Shown here: one piece after another, positions 48,152-60,068 of the stretch
Numbering within the stretch: the stretch's first letter is position 1
Layout: the number at the start of each line of letters is the position of its first letter
NCBI GenBank assembly: GCA_021836035.1
Contig: JAKBJL010000002.1
Location: 151,282 to 215,281, forward strand
From: a bacterium
Lineage (GTDB): Bacteria; Patescibacteriota; Microgenomatia; JAMCZE01
DNA: 64,000 nt
Direction: 5' to 3'
Made by a program: the position numbers and the translations under genes
The notes under the pieces: generated by a model
Seen by the model: only the letters and a program-made list of their open reading frames with translations
Told to the model about the DNA's origin: nothing
Databases searched by the model: none

Positions 48152-51100
48152 TTATTCGCCTATCCTCGCCCGATCCGGTGAGGTCGGGATTAAACGTCCG
48201 ATAATAACATTTTCCTTAATCCCCAGTAAAGGATCTTCATTCTTGCGGCTACCCAAAGCCGTATCCGCCAAAACATTGGTCGTCTGTTCAAAGCTGGCTG
48301 CCGAAAGCCAGGAATCAGTAAATAAAGCAGCCTTAGTAACACCAAGGACGGAAACTTGTGCTGTTGCCGGTTCGCCGCCTTCTGCGAGCACCCGGGCGTT
48401 CTCTTCTTCAAAACGGGATTTTTCTAAAATTTCCCCCGGCAGGAGGTAGGTATCGCCGGCAGTTTCCACGACTACTTTATCCGACATCTTACGGACAATA
48501 ACCTCAAAATGTTTATCATTGATGGGAATTCCCTGCGATTCGTAAACCGCCTGCAACTCTAAAATCAAATAAAGTTGCGCTGCCCGCATCCCCCTGATGG
48601 AAAGAATCTCCTTAACATCCAAAAATCCGCTGGCTAATTGCGTCCCCGGAACAACCAAATCTCCTTCAGCCACTTTGAGTGTCGCCGTCAGGGGGATTAA
48701 ATATTCCCGTTCTTCTACCGGTTTAATATCTACACTCCTGACCCGTACTTTGTAACCGTCGTCGGTGTCGGTAATACTTACTTTCCCGGCAATTTCCGCA
48801 ATCGGGGAGAGAGCTTTGGGCGTCCGGATTTCAAACAGCTCCTCAACCCGCGGCAACCCCTGAGTTACATCCATGGCGACAATACCGCCAGTGTGTTTGG
48901 TCCGTAAAGTCAGCTGAGTTCCCGGCTCCCCGATCGATTGGGCGGCTATAACTCCGACGGGGGTTCCCAACTCCACCATCTCTCGGGTGGAAAGATCCCG
49001 GCCGTAACATTTCCGGCAGAGGCCGAATTTCGACCGGCAGGAAAGCGGCGAACGGACAACCACGCTTTCTACTTTTGCTTCCTCCAACTGCCCTAATTTT
49101 TCCTCATCAATTAACTCCCCGGCGGAAAGTGTTGTTTTTTTACCGACCACCACATCCTGAGCCAATATCCGGCCCAGGATTCTCTGGCCGAAAGTAACCA
49201 TTCTCTTTTCCGCCCGATTTATCTCCACTCCTTCTGTCGTACCGCAATCTTCTTCACGAATAATTAAATCGTGAGATACATCAACCAACCGCCGGGTAAG
49301 ATAACCGGCATCCGCCGTTCTTAAAGCGGTGTCCGCAAGACCTTTGCGGCTGCCGCGCGTCCCGGTCACGTATTCAAATACGGAAAGTCCCTGGCGAAAA
49401 TTGGACTTTGTCGGCATAGGAACAATTTTCCCTGTCGGGTCAGCCATCAAACCCCGCATTCCGGATACCTGTTTAACCGTATCCCGGCTGGCACGGGTAC
49501 CTCCGGAGCTGATAAGCATCTTTACCGGATTGTTTGCCGGATATTTTTCCCAAGTTAAATCCGTAATCCGGTCCGTCGCTTCCAGCCAGTTGTCAATGCT
49601 TAACCTGCGGACCTCGTCGGCAGTAATCAACCCCTGGCTGAAATTGCTTTCAATTTCGATGTCTTTAGCTTCTGCTTCCTTAACAATCTCTTCTTTGTCA
49701 GGTACCATAAGAAGGTCAAAGATACCGACGGAAACTCCGGAAAGAGTGCTGCCCTGGAAACCGAAGTCCTTCAGTTTGTCTGCCAGCAGCGCGACTTCCT
49801 GACGGCTGCATTGATTCATTGCCCGCGCTAAAAGCTTTTTAACCGCGGACAGGGACATCGTCTCGTTGACAAACCGCAGGTTTTCCGGCAAAAGTTCATT
49901 CAGCAGAATCCGGCCGACAGTGGTTTCCAGGAGGTCACCGTCATAAAAGACTTTAATTTTCTGGCGCAATTGGATCTTTTTATTCTGGTATGCCTGAATC
50001 GCTTCGCTAAAATCCGCGAATATAGAATCGTTGACCGGAATATTTTCATCCAGGGTCGTGAGCATATAGGTCCCCAGGACCATTTCTTTGCTGGGAGAAA
50101 TAATCGGCGAACCGTCCGCGGGTTTTAGCAAGTTGCTGTCTGCCATCATTAAATTTACCGCTTCCGCTTTAGAAGCTGAAGAAAGGGGAACATGAACGGC
50201 CATCTGGTCGCCGTCAAAGTCCGCATTAAAGCCGGAGCAAACCAAAGGATGCAGCTGTATGGCAGACCCTTCGATTAATATCGGATAAAAAGCCTGGATA
50301 CCCAATTTATGCAAAGTCGGAGCCCGGTTTAAAAGAACGGGGCGGTTTTTGATTATTTCTTCCAAGATATCAAACACCTCCGGGATGCGCCGCTCCAAAA
50401 CATATTTAGCGCTCCGGACGTTGGGAGCCAGGCCTCTTAAAATCAATTCATGCAAAACAAACGGCTTAAACATCTCCAGGGCCATTTCTTTAGGAAGCCC
50501 GCACTGATTCAATTTCAGGTGCGGCCCGACGACAATTACCGAGCGCCCGCTGTAATCGACCCGCTTGCCCAGTAAATTCTGGCGGAAGCGCCCCTGTTTA
50601 CCGCGAAGCATATCCGATAAAGATTTCAATTCCTGCGCCGCCGCCCGGGTCGTCGGCCGCTGCGAAGCATCAATCAGCGAATCGACCGCCTCCTGGAGCA
50701 TCCTTTTTTCATTGCGGAGAATTATTTCCGGAGCTCCTAAACTCATCAGATGCTTAAGGCGGTTATTGCGGTTTATCACCCGGCGATAGAGATCGTTAAG
50801 GTCCGAGGTGGCGAAACGGCCTCCGGAAAGTTGGACCATCGGCCGAAGATCCGGTGGAATTACCGGTAAAACCGTTAGAATCATCCACTCCGGCCGGATT
50901 TTGGTTCTCCTTAAGCCATCCACAACTCTTAATTGTTTGGTTAGCTTCAGGCGATTCCCGGCGGAAACGGTCATTAGTTGTTCACGCAGATCCGCGGCCA
51001 TTTTATCCAGATTGATCTTGCGAAGCACTTCCAGGAGTGCTTCGGCACCCATACCGACCCGGATAAAGTCCGCAGCCTCGTATTCAACCAGTTTCAGGTA

Positions 51101-51862
51101 TTCATCTTCCGAAAGCTGCGAATGGGGGCGGACTTCCTTTACCAGCTGTCCCAGGGTCTTATAAATCTCGTCCAGCCGTGAAAGTTCCAGCGCTTTCTGG
51201 TCGTTCAACCGCGCCAATTGTTGCCGGCTGTTAACTTCAATTTCGGAAATTGCCAGCCTTAACTGATCCTCACCTTTAATTTTTTTCTGGGTATCCGCGA
51301 TTTTTTCTCTGGTCGCTTTTTCTTCCGCGGCAATAAGGTCCGCAAAATTCTTCTCCAGTTCTTTGTGCCGCCCGTCCATCGTCTGCTTAAGCTGCTTGAG
51401 AACTTTTTCCTTTTGATCCTCCTGAACATCCAGAACCAGAAAGGAAGCAAAGTAGATAACATTTTCCAGAGCCCGCGGCGCGATATCGAGGAGAAGCGAA
51501 ATCTTGGAAGGCGTCCCCTTGAAATACCAAACGTGAGCCGCGGGTGCCGCCAGACTGATATGCCCCATCCGCTCCCGGCGGACCTTGCTCTGAGTTACCT
51601 CCACGCCGCATTTGTCGCAGACAATTCCCCGGTAACGGATGCGTTTATATTTGCCGCAGTAACATTCCCAATCTTTGGTCGGACCGAAAATATTTTCCGA
51701 AAAGAGGCCGTCTTTTTCCGGTTTCAAAGTCCGGTAGTTGATCGTTTCCGGTTTAAGCACCTCCCCGTGCGACCATGAGAGAATCGCTTCCGGAGAAGCC
51801 AGTTCTAACTTCAACCCCCGGAAATCGATAATATTGGCAATGGAATCGTTTGGTTTAACCAT
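48152..51862 (-). CDS. rpoC: RNA polymerase beta' subunit
   Basis: NADFDGDQM; zinc-finger cysteines. Confidence 0.99.
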   Translation of the reverse strand: MVKPNDSIANIIDFRGLKLELASPEAILSWSHGEVLKPETINYRTLKPEKDGLFSENIFGPTKDWECYCGKYKRIRYRGIVCDKCGVEVTQSKVRRERMGHISLAAPAAHVWYFKGTPSKISLLLDIAPRALENVIYFASFLVLDVQEDQKEKVLKQLKQTMDGRHKELEKNFADLIAAEEKATREKIADTQKKIKGEDQLRLAISEIEVNSRQQLARLNDQKALELSRLDEIYKTLGQLVKEVRPHSQLSEDEYLKLVEYEAADFIRVGMGAEALLEVLRKINLDKMAADLREQLMTVSAGNRLKLTKQLRVVDGLRRTKIRPEWMILTVLPVIPPDLRPMVQLSGGRFATSDLNDLYRRVINRNNRLKHLMSLGAPEIILRNEKRMLQEAVDSLIDASQRPTTRAAAQELKSLSDMLRGKQGRFRQNLLGKRVDYSGRSVIVVGPHLKLNQCGLPKEMALEMFKPFVLHELILRGLAPNVRSAKYVLERRIPEVFDILEEIIKNRPVLLNRAPTLHKLGIQAFYPILIEGSAIQLHPLVCSGFNADFDGDQMAVHVPLSSASKAEAVNLMMADSNLLKPADGSPIISPSKEMVLGTYMLTTLDENIPVNDSIFADFSEAIQAYQNKKIQLRQKIKVFYDGDLLETTVGRILLNELLPENLRFVNETMSLSAVKKLLARAMNQCSRQEVALLADKLKDFGFQGSTLSGVSVGIFDLLMVPDKEEIVKEAEAKDIEIESNFSQGLITADEVRRLSIDNWLEATDRITDLTWEKYPANNPVKMLISSGGTRASRDTVKQVSGMRGLMADPTGKIVPMPTKSNFRQGLSVFEYVTGTRGSRKGLADTALRTADAGYLTRRLVDVSHDLIIREEDCGTTEGVEINRAEKRMVTFGQRILGRILAQDVVVGKKTTLSAGELIDEEKLGQLEEAKVESVVVRSPLSCRSKFGLCRKCYGRDLSTREMVELGTPVGVIAAQSIGEPGTQLTLRTKHTGGIVAMDVTQGLPRVEELFEIRTPKALSPIAEIAGKVSITDTDDGYKVRVRSVDIKPVEEREYLIPLTATLKVAEGDLVVPGTQLASGFLDVKEILSIRGMRAAQLYLILELQAVYESQGIPINDKHFEVIVRKMSDKVVVETAGDTYLLPGEILEKSRFEEENARVLAEGGEPATAQVSVLGVTKAALFTDSWLSAASFEQTTNVLADTALGSRKNEDPLLGIKENVIIGRLIPTSPDRARIGE

Positions 51863-51864
51863 AT

Positions 51865-54800
51865 TTATTCCTTATTCGTATTCGTTCCGTCGTTGCCCGC
51901 TGCTTCGCCGGCCTCGCCTTTCGCCTGTTCGACCTCCATTGGTCCCTGATCGGCCGTCAGCTCCCTCGTCGGTACGGCCACCGCCCCGAGTTCCAGTTCC
52001 AATTCTTCCGCTGCCGTCTTCGCTTTTGATTCTTCCGAAAGCTCAGCAAAAGCCGCCGCCCCCGTCTGCTGTTGCGCGGTTATAGCTCCCGTCGGAATAA
52101 TATTTAAACCCAACCCCTGCAATTCTTTAACCAGGACTTTAAAAGACTCCGGAACGGTTGACTGGGGAATATCGACACCCTTAACAATCGCTTCAAAAGC
52201 TTTTGCCCGACCGATGACATCGTCGGATTTAATCGTCAGCATTTCCTGCAAAGTATAGGCAGCACGGTGCGCCTCGAGAGCCCAGACTTCCATTTCTCCC
52301 AAACGCTGCCCGCCCATACGGGCTTTGCCGCCCAGCGGTTGCTGGGTGACCAAAGAGTACGGACCGGTCGAGCGGGCGTGAGTTTTATCCTCGACCATAT
52401 GGGTAAGTTTGAGTATATAAGCTTTACCCACGACGATTTTTTGTTCGAACGGTTCTCCCGACCTTCCGTCAAAAACTTCTATTTTTCCGTCTGCCGGCAA
52501 TCCCGCTTTCTTTAAAGCGTCGACCAGCCAATCTTCGGGAATATTTTCAAATACCGGAACGGAAACGTAACCGGAAATTTTATCCATGGCCCAACCGAGA
52601 TGCGCTTCTAAAATCTGGCCTAAGTTCATCCGGCCGAGAACCGACAGCGGGGAAATAATTATATCGACCGGCGTACCGTCCGCTAAATGCGGCATGTCCG
52701 CGACCGGGACGATCCGGGAAATAACCCCCTTGTTGCCGTGGCGTCCGGCTATTTTATCGCCGACTTCCACTTTCCGCAGCTGCGCTACTTTGACTTTAAT
52801 CAATTTATTGGTTCCCGGCGGCAGTTCGTCCCCCGCTTCTTTATCTAAAATCTGGATCCCGATTATCGTGCCTTTTTCACCGTGCGGCATCCTTAGGGAT
52901 GTATCATGAACTTCGCGTGCTTTTTCGCCGAAAATCGCCCTTAAAAGTCTTTCTTCTGCCGAAAGTTCCGTCTCTCCTTTGGGCTGGATTTTACCGACCA
53001 AAATATCATTCGGGCCGACATCGGTTCCGACAACAACAATCCCCGTTTCGTCCAGGTTTGCCAAATCGCTTTCGCCAACATTGGGAATATCCCGGGTAAT
53101 TTCTTCCGGACCCAGTTTAGTATCGACAACTTCCGCCTGGTACTCTTCGATATGAATGCTTGTTAGGGTATCATCTTCCACTAACCGCTCGGATACGACA
53201 ATAGCGTCTTCATAACCGAAACCTTCGAAATGCATATAGGCGATTGTCAGGTTGGCACCAAGGGCCAGTTCTCCGTTTACCGTTGCCGGCCCGTCAATGA
53301 GAATATCCCCTGTTTTTACCCGATCGCCGGCATTAACTACCGTCCGCTGGCTGTAACAACCGCTATTGGGATTAGTCCGCACAAATTTATTTACCCAATA
53401 AGTTTCCGTATCCTGCCCGTCGAATTTTTTATCCAATTTGACAACTACTTTAATGCCGTCGGAGAAACTAACAGTACCGGCGTGTTCCGCCCGGCGTACC
53501 CAGCCCATCGCCTCGGCAATTTCGCCTTCCATTCCCGTCCCGACCACCGGCCGCTGAGGGGTAACCAAAGGCACGGTTTGCGCCTGCATGTTAGAGCCCA
53601 TTAAAGCCCGGATGCCGTCGTCATGAGCCAGAAAGGGAATAAGCGATGCGGCGGTCCCGACAATTTCCCGGGGAACAATATCCATAAAGTCCGCCTCTTC
53701 TGCCGGAACTTCAATGAATTCCCCGCGGTATCTTACCGGCACCCGCTCGTCGGTTAAAACCCCGTCGGTGCTCAGTCCCACCCCGGCGTGGGTAATTTTA
53801 AAGTTGCGCTCATCGTCCGCGGCCATATAGACAATCTCGTCAGTAATCAGAACCTTTTTCCCCCGCTTTTCCAATTTGCGATAAGGAGCAACCAAAAAAC
53901 CGTACTCGTCGATTTTGGCATAAAGGGACATGTAGGTTACTAAACCGATGTTCGGACCTTCCGGTGAGCGGACGGGACAAATCCGGCCGTATTGGCTGGA
54001 ATTAATATCCCGGATGGAAAAACTGGCTCTCTCCCGGGAAATGCCTCCGGTACCCATCACGGATAATTTACGAAGACTATCCACTTCCGAAAGCGGATTA
54101 GTTTGATCAAGGATCGCTGATAATTGGGAGGTGCGGAAAAATTCGTTGATAGCTGAAATAATCGGCCGGGCGTTGACCACCTGATTCGGCATCGCCTTAA
54201 CCTTGATGTCCAACATGCTCATCCGCTCTTTAACCGCCCGTTCCAGTCTCAAGAGTCCGATCCGAAAAGCGGCGTTGCCGACCAGCTCCCCAACCCGCCG
54301 CACCCGACGGTTGGCCAAATGATCAATATCGTCAACCTCCCCGCTGCCTTGCTGTAACTTAATCAGATATTTAACGGTGGCAATAATATCGTCGCGGGTC
54401 AAAATCCAGCTTTGCTCCTCGTTCGGAGTAGACAATCCCAGCCGCCTGTTGAGTTTATAACGTCCTACTTTGCCTAAGTTATAGCGGCGGGGGTTAAAGA
54501 AAAGGTTTTTAATATACTCCTGGGCGGTTTCCAAAAGCACCGGTTCTCCGGGGCGCATCTTTTTATAAATTTCCATGGTGGCTTCGGCAGAACCCCGGGT
54601 GTTGTCTTTCTTGATCGTATTTTCGACATAGGAAATATCGCCTTTATTATCTACGTCGGCAAAAGTCTTAAATAATTCCTCATCGCTGCCCAACCCCAGA
54701 GCGCGGAGAAATGTAGTCACAGGAAATTTTCTCCGGCGGTCAATGCGGACAGATACAACACCGTTGCGGCTCACGTTAAATTCCAGCCAGCTGCCGCGTA

Positions 54801-55293
54801 GCGGCCTTACCTCCGCAAAGTACAAAGCGCGGCCGGTCACCGGATCGATATCGCCCAGAAAATAAACCCCGGGAGAGCGGACCAATTGGTTGACGACATT
54901 TCTTTCGATTCCGTTGACAATAAAGGTCCCGCGCGGAGTCATCACCGGGATATCGCCTAAAAATACCTCCTGGGTAGTTTTTTCACCGGTTTGTTTGTTC
55001 ATCAAAGTCGCTTCCACTTTAAGAGGCATATCGAAAGTCTGGCCCTTCTCGATACATTCGACAGCGGTTCTTTTGGGAAGACCGAAAGAATGAGCGGCGA
55101 AAGTAAGCGTCCAGTTCTTACCGGTAAAATCTTCAATGGGGGAAATTTCCGCTAACAAATGCGGGATGTCATTTTGCAGGAAATCATCGTACGATTCCCT
55201 TTGCGGTTTAACCAGGTCTAAATTGGGAAGATTGGAAAACTCTTTACCCCAATATAACCTTTTCGGATTACTGTCGGCTGCGGTTTTTTTCAT
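51865..55293 (-). CDS. rpoB: RNA polymerase beta subunit
   Basis: [21 protein letters not shown]. Confidence 0.99.
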   Translation of the reverse strand: MKKTAADSNPKRLYWGKEFSNLPNLDLVKPQRESYDDFLQNDIPHLLAEISPIEDFTGKNWTLTFAAHSFGLPKRTAVECIEKGQTFDMPLKVEATLMNKQTGEKTTQEVFLGDIPVMTPRGTFIVNGIERNVVNQLVRSPGVYFLGDIDPVTGRALYFAEVRPLRGSWLEFNVSRNGVVSVRIDRRRKFPVTTFLRALGLGSDEELFKTFADVDNKGDISYVENTIKKDNTRGSAEATMEIYKKMRPGEPVLLETAQEYIKNLFFNPRRYNLGKVGRYKLNRRLGLSTPNEEQSWILTRDDIIATVKYLIKLQQGSGEVDDIDHLANRRVRRVGELVGNAAFRIGLLRLERAVKERMSMLDIKVKAMPNQVVNARPIISAINEFFRTSQLSAILDQTNPLSEVDSLRKLSVMGTGGISRERASFSIRDINSSQYGRICPVRSPEGPNIGLVTYMSLYAKIDEYGFLVAPYRKLEKRGKKVLITDEIVYMAADDERNFKITHAGVGLSTDGVLTDERVPVRYRGEFIEVPAEEADFMDIVPREIVGTAASLIPFLAHDDGIRALMGSNMQAQTVPLVTPQRPVVGTGMEGEIAEAMGWVRRAEHAGTVSFSDGIKVVVKLDKKFDGQDTETYWVNKFVRTNPNSGCYSQRTVVNAGDRVKTGDILIDGPATVNGELALGANLTIAYMHFEGFGYEDAIVVSERLVEDDTLTSIHIEEYQAEVVDTKLGPEEITRDIPNVGESDLANLDETGIVVVGTDVGPNDILVGKIQPKGETELSAEERLLRAIFGEKAREVHDTSLRMPHGEKGTIIGIQILDKEAGDELPPGTNKLIKVKVAQLRKVEVGDKIAGRHGNKGVISRIVPVADMPHLADGTPVDIIISPLSVLGRMNLGQILEAHLGWAMDKISGYVSVPVFENIPEDWLVDALKKAGLPADGKIEVFDGRSGEPFEQKIVVGKAYILKLTHMVEDKTHARSTGPYSLVTQQPLGGKARMGGQRLGEMEVWALEAHRAAYTLQEMLTIKSDDVIGRAKAFEAIVKGVDIPQSTVPESFKVLVKELQGLGLNIIPTGAITAQQQTGAAAFAELSEESKAKTAAEELELELGAVAVPTRELTADQGPMEVEQAKGEAGEAAGNDGTNTNKE

Positions 55294-55365
55294 TAGTCGT
55301 TAAACGACGACAAATAAAAGCGTACCAACAAAATGTACGCCTAAAAATTTATTCAACTGGAAGCT

Positions 55366-55395
55366 ATTATAGCCTAACGGGAGTTATTTTGTCAA
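55366..55395 (-). promoter_or_regulatory. Consensus sigma70 promoter of rpoB
   Basis: TTGACA-18 bp-TATAAT. Confidence 0.75.
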
Positions 55396-55405
55396 CCACC
55401 AAAAC

Positions 55406-56368
55406 TTAGAGATATTTGGCAACATTCGCGTTGTGTTCCTGGAGGGTTTTGGCAAAATGGGTCACGCCGTTTTTATCCGATAAATAATAATAGTAGGGGG
55501 TTTTAGCGGGATAAATTACCGCTTTTATGGCAGCCAAACCAGGGTTGCAAATCGGCCCCGGCGGCAGACCCGGATAAAGATAAGTATTGTAGGGCGACCG
55601 AAATTGCAGGTCCTCGGTGGTTAATTCTTTCGGCCACCAGCCGTCACCCTGCGTTTTACCGATGGCGTATTGAACCGTCGCGTCAACCTGCAGCGCCATA
55701 TTTTCTTTCAACCTCTTTAGTAAAATATCGGCGATAATCGGCCGGTCCGCATCGTTTTTCCCCTCCCTTTCCACCAGGGACGCCAGGGTTAATAATTTCG
55801 TCAGGTCCAGATTCTCTTTGTTGGCATCTGATAGCATTTGGGGCGTCACTTTCTTGTTAAAGTTATCCTCAAACATTTTAATAATCTTTGAGGAATCCGA
55901 ATCGCGGGGAATCAGATAGGTATCGGGGAATAGTCGTCCTTCGCTGGCTTTAAAGACCGCGGGATCGGCAGATTGGCTGGCCAAAGCGCCGCTTCCCACC
56001 AATTCCGCAAAAATTTCCTCCGCCCGCCAGCCCTCCGGGATGGTTATCCAAACATCTAAAGTCCCGTGGGTTAAAGCGCTGGCTACCCCGTAAGCACTCA
56101 TCCCGGGTGATAAACGAAAATCCCCTGCCTGGATCTTCTTTTCTAAGCCTTGGAATTTAACCAGCAGAAAAAAAGCGACCTGGTCTTTAATCAATCCTTG
56201 CTCCTTCAGTTTATTGGCCAGATCACGAATCCCCACCCCCTTATCCACAACAAAAATCTTGGTTGTTTTATCCCCTGCTTTGACCGGCTGTAGCGAGAGA
56301 CTCCACCAAAAATACCCGAAGGCCAGCAACGCCACCAGGACAACTAAACCCACAAACACTCTTCTCAT
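55406..56368 (-). CDS. mltG: Endolytic transglycosylase MltG
   Basis: ITIPEG, EGRLFPDTY, LASLVERE, SPYNTY..GLPPGPICNPG. Confidence 0.95.
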   Translation of the reverse strand: MRRVFVGLVVLVALLAFGYFWWSLSLQPVKAGDKTTKIFVVDKGVGIRDLANKLKEQGLIKDQVAFFLLVKFQGLEKKIQAGDFRLSPGMSAYGVASALTHGTLDVWITIPEGWRAEEIFAELVGSGALASQSADPAVFKASEGRLFPDTYLIPRDSDSSKIIKMFEDNFNKKVTPQMLSDANKENLDLTKLLTLASLVEREGKNDADRPIIADILLKRLKENMALQVDATVQYAIGKTQGDGWWPKELTTEDLQFRSPYNTYLYPGLPPGPICNPGLAAIKAVIYPAKTPYYYYLSDKNGVTHFAKTLQEHNANVAKYL

Positions 56369-56375
56369 AAAAAGA

Positions 56376-56576
56376 TTAAGCCTCGTCCAGTCTCCCCCGG
56401 CGGAACTTTTTTCCCGCCGTATCAAAAATATAGACTCGGCCGCACTTACAGGTGACTTTTTGACTCCCGTTCTGGAAGTCTTCCGTCCTCCCCCCCGAAA
56501 GGCTGGCGCCGCAACCGACGCACTTGCCCTGAGATAAGAGCCAGGCCTGAACCGGCGAAATAATATTTTTAAACAT
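56376..56576 (-). CDS. Small zinc-ribbon protein
   Basis: CVGCG..CKCGR. Confidence 0.75.
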   Translation of the reverse strand: MFKNIISPVQAWLLSQGKCVGCGASLSGGRTEDFQNGSQKVTCKCGRVYIFDTAGKKFRRGRLDEA

Positions 56577-56613
56577 GCAATTTAGCCTTAAACTACGGCA
56601 GGTGGCTTTGAAT

Positions 56614-56970
56614 TTAAGATCTATTTGCTATTTGCTCTAAATATCTTTCTAAAATTACCGCTGCCGCCATAGCGTGTTGTTTCTTTTTATCTTTCTTTCC
56701 CAGGGCCTCTACTTCCCTGCTGGACAAGGTCTCATCGCTAAACTCTACCTCCAATCTTAACATCCCGGCAAGGTGATTGGCAAATTGTCTGGTTTTTTCC
56801 GCCATTCTTCCCTCTGAAATTCCGAAAATTAAAACCTCCGGTTCCAGACGCTTGACTTCGTCAGCAAGCATCTTTTTTTCCACTGCCCCCCAAGGTTCGG
56901 CGATATCTCCCTGGCTAACCGCTAAACCGCACCACCGCTCTCCGAAATCGACCGCGACGAACTTGGCCAT
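56614..56970 (-). CDS. ruvX: YqgF/RuvX pre-16S rRNA nuclease
   Basis: AVDFG..CGLAVS, DETLSS, AAAVILE. Confidence 0.9.
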   Translation of the reverse strand: MAKFVAVDFGERWCGLAVSQGDIAEPWGAVEKKMLADEVKRLEPEVLIFGISEGRMAEKTRQFANHLAGMLRLEVEFSDETLSSREVEALGKKDKKKQHAMAAAVILERYLEQIANRS

Positions 56971-57747
56971 TTAATTATTTTGGGCAATCCGCGCCCGGAC
57001 AATTAATCTTTTCCAATAAGTCCCAGGCGGTACGCAGGTAACCAGGGCAATATAAGAGTCATCAAAACGCTGTTCTAAAATAGAATAATCATCGGGGTCA
57101 ACCGTCTGCATGTCAAAAACCAGGTATTTGTAAGCGACGCGGTCAGCAAAAATATAAATACTATCACCTTTGTCCAAAGTCGGTAACAGGGAAAATATCG
57201 TCGTATAATTTTTAGGATTATAAAACTGCGGCAGAGCGCTATGGCCAAAAATAATATTGGTACCGGGTATCCCCGGCAGACTGCTGGTTCCCCACCCGAT
57301 CAGGCTCTTTTTTAAATCTTCCCCGCCGAAAGTTACTTCCGCATTCTCAATACGCAATTTCGGAATCGAAAGATTATATGTTATTCCGGCCGACGTAGTA
57401 CTGTTTTGGGAAACCCCGGGATACCAATTACTGGCCCGCAAAAGGTTGTCGCTACTACCCTCCTGTACATTCATCGGCAAACCATTTTCTTCCGCGATCG
57501 CCGGTGAAGCAAAACGCGGTATGGGACTGGCAAAGCGGCTCTGGGGTTGTTTCGGGAGGTATATTATCTGCCATTCAATTAGGGGCCAAATCACATTGCC
57601 TAAAAGCAACACTCCCGCGGAAAACATAATCAGCGAAGCGCTAACCAATAGTGATCGGGGAATTTTCGGCAGAGCCGGAAAACTGACGGTAACAGCGGGA
57701 GCAGTTACCGGCCGACGTTTTAAATAAATGTAGACAAAACTGCCCAT
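56971..57747 (-). CDS. Sortase
   Basis: TM; IFGHS, LVTCVPPGT..R catalytic His/Cys/Arg. Confidence 0.92.
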   Translation of the reverse strand: MGSFVYIYLKRRPVTAPAVTVSFPALPKIPRSLLVSASLIMFSAGVLLLGNVIWPLIEWQIIYLPKQPQSRFASPIPRFASPAIAEENGLPMNVQEGSSDNLLRASNWYPGVSQNSTTSAGITYNLSIPKLRIENAEVTFGGEDLKKSLIGWGTSSLPGIPGTNIIFGHSALPQFYNPKNYTTIFSLLPTLDKGDSIYIFADRVAYKYLVFDMQTVDPDDYSILEQRFDDSYIALVTCVPPGTYWKRLIVRARIAQNN

Positions 57748-57773
57748 AAATTCAGTATATCAAAATATGACAT

Positions 57774-60032
57774 TTATCTGCTGATCACTTCAAGCGAAAT
57801 ATTGCGGGAGAGACGGGGAAGAACGGCAAAGCGGGAAAGGATTCCGGGGCTAAGGTTAATATCGCTATCCACCACTCCGGTTAGACTCTTAAGATAGCTT
57901 GCGGCTTGCGTAAAATTCTTTCCTGCCAAGTTTTGGATAGTTTTTCCCTTATCAATCTTCGGCAGCAACCCGGCTTTAAAATGGACGGTTAGGGTAAAAC
58001 CGCCGTCTTGATTTTTACCGGTGTTGATAATATCTACCGTGCTTAACTGCGGATCAAGCTCATATCCTTCCGGGATGCTTCCCGACGCGTTTTTACCCAT
58101 GAGTGCAATTAAACCGCTTTGGTCAAAAAGAATTCCGGTGCAATGCTCGGTGGCTGAGAGCGTAAGATTTTCAGCCTCTGTATCCACCTCCTTATCAAAT
58201 TTTTTCTGGGTAAGAGAGCAGGATACCGCTTTATCCACTAAATTTTGCGAGGCGGATAGTTTAGAACGCAGTGTTTTGGTGGCTTTATCCGCAAGTTCTG
58301 CCGAAAGGGTGGCCGATAACCGATCCTGATCCAGTTTAGTGACCACATCAGCCTGGTGGCTGCTGCCGCCGGAAAAGGCAGTATCATTTTTCCCTTCATA
58401 AGAAATGCTGGGAAAATCGGCAATGGCGAAAATCGTATTGGCCGGTAAATTATAGCTGTCCCCGATTCCGGAAGCGGTAACATTGACGCTGGCTGTGGGT
58501 GTTTGAGAAACCGCACCCGCTTTGGACGCGATATCGACACTGCCGTCCAGAGTGAATTTAAGACCGTTGGCGCTGGCAACCGTTCCTGAGGAAAAAGTTC
58601 TCGCTACGGTAGCGTTACCATAAATTGTCAGCGAACCTTTGGCTTTTTCGCCTACTAATTTTTTGCCGGTAACCACCCCTTTTTTAGACCCCCGTTCATC
58701 GGTTTCAATTAACGTTCCCGGAACCTGGTTGTCCCCGGTTGCTTCTCCGGAGGTGACGACAAGAACCTCCTGATTCGAAGGTTCTAAAACCTGCGGATCA
58801 ACATAAACCGTCACCTTGGCTTTAGTCATAAAACCGGTCGCCGCCCAAACACCGCCTACCCCTAAGAGAACCGCCGCCAAAACAATTAACAGCACCACAA
58901 AAACGCCGCGACCCAAAGCCAGCCGCGGTAACTTCAGGGATCGGAAAAGAGGAGCGATTTTGCTACCCAGCGCGGGAAATCTAATTGCGGGCTTGGAAGG
59001 TGCCTGTATCTCCGCCGATATATTCTCCGGTGGAAAATTCCCGCTTTCCCCGGCAGGTTCCGCAGTTGTAGTCTTTTCCTGGTCTGCGCTCTGTTCCGTA
59101 ACCGCCGGCGGAATATTCTGCGCCACATCCCGTTCTTTAAAAAAACCCACATCGCCCGCTTCCGCGCCTTCCGCCGCCGGAACCGCGTTTGCAACAGCTA
59201 CCGGAACCTCCGCACCCGCCGGTGCCTCTGCTTCTTTTGGCGCCGCAGGTAAAGCCTCGATTTTCCCGCCCATTTCCGTTCCTCCGGCAATCGCGACAGC
59301 CCGCACTCCGCTTTCGCCTTCTATCACCTCCACCTTCGGATAATGTAAAAAGGGCAGCCGCTGGGTCCAGGGATAAGATAAAATCTCTTCCTTCAATTTT
59401 TCTAAATCCAGCGATCCGTCATAAATGAGAATCCGCGAGGGTAAAATTTCCACCCCGATAAATTTTTTGAGAGCTTGCTCTACCAGCTCATTAATCCCGA
59501 TACTTTCCTGGGTTTGCTCCGTTTCCGTCTGAATCACCTTCCCGGCTCTCACCAGCGTCACTGAAAGATTCTCCCCGTCCATGCCGATAAGAATTGCCGT
59601 TAAAGGCACTGTCTCCGTTTGGTGGTAGTAATTGGCAATCGCTTCCGGCAAGACCACAAAACCTAAGGGGGTTAATTCTAACTCTTTACTCAAATTGCGC
59701 AGCTTCAAAAGATAAGGATCTTTAATTTTCCCCCCTTCCGCCCAATTGGGAGGAATGCCAAAAAGGACTTCTTTCGGTTCCGGACTTATGCCTTCAGTAA
59801 CATGCGAAACGACTTTATCGCAAGCCAAGAGCAGTTGCTCCGGATTCCCGGAAGGCAAATCGGTGCTGTCCACTTTGCCGATTTCCACATTACCGTCGGT
59901 GATTTGCCAGGAAGTACTGCTGACGAACTGGGAAGAAACGCGGAGAGCAATAAAATATTTGACGGGTTCCGCTTCCTTGCGAAAACCTTTCAAAATGCCT
60001 TGCAGGGCAGCCGGCAGTGCCATCAAGGACAT
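57774..60032 (-). CDS. Bitopic protein: cytoplasmic FtsA/actin-like N-domain, TM, extracellular baseplate-J-like domain
   Basis: FGIP..PLGFVV.PEAI..ILIG..; TM near aa 380; AKGSLTIY..VNVTA..IGDSYN..FSGG. Confidence 0.75.
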   Translation of the reverse strand: MSLMALPAALQGILKGFRKEAEPVKYFIALRVSSQFVSSTSWQITDGNVEIGKVDSTDLPSGNPEQLLLACDKVVSHVTEGISPEPKEVLFGIPPNWAEGGKIKDPYLLKLRNLSKELELTPLGFVVLPEAIANYYHQTETVPLTAILIGMDGENLSVTLVRAGKVIQTETEQTQESIGINELVEQALKKFIGVEILPSRILIYDGSLDLEKLKEEILSYPWTQRLPFLHYPKVEVIEGESGVRAVAIAGGTEMGGKIEALPAAPKEAEAPAGAEVPVAVANAVPAAEGAEAGDVGFFKERDVAQNIPPAVTEQSADQEKTTTAEPAGESGNFPPENISAEIQAPSKPAIRFPALGSKIAPLFRSLKLPRLALGRGVFVVLLIVLAAVLLGVGGVWAATGFMTKAKVTVYVDPQVLEPSNQEVLVVTSGEATGDNQVPGTLIETDERGSKKGVVTGKKLVGEKAKGSLTIYGNATVARTFSSGTVASANGLKFTLDGSVDIASKAGAVSQTPTASVNVTASGIGDSYNLPANTIFAIADFPSISYEGKNDTAFSGGSSHQADVVTKLDQDRLSATLSAELADKATKTLRSKLSASQNLVDKAVSCSLTQKKFDKEVDTEAENLTLSATEHCTGILFDQSGLIALMGKNASGSIPEGYELDPQLSTVDIINTGKNQDGGFTLTVHFKAGLLPKIDKGKTIQNLAGKNFTQAASYLKSLTGVVDSDINLSPGILSRFAVLPRLSRNISLEVISR

Positions 60033-60068
60033 GATAGCCCAGCCACATTAATTTAGCAAGATTATCCG

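Noticed and set aside
51150-51430. Coiled-coil insertion in RpoC as an intein
   Set aside because: No intein termini; resembles known lineage-specific beta' insertions
57774-60032. Prophage, on the basis of the baseplate-like domain
   Set aside because: No other phage genes; housekeeping context
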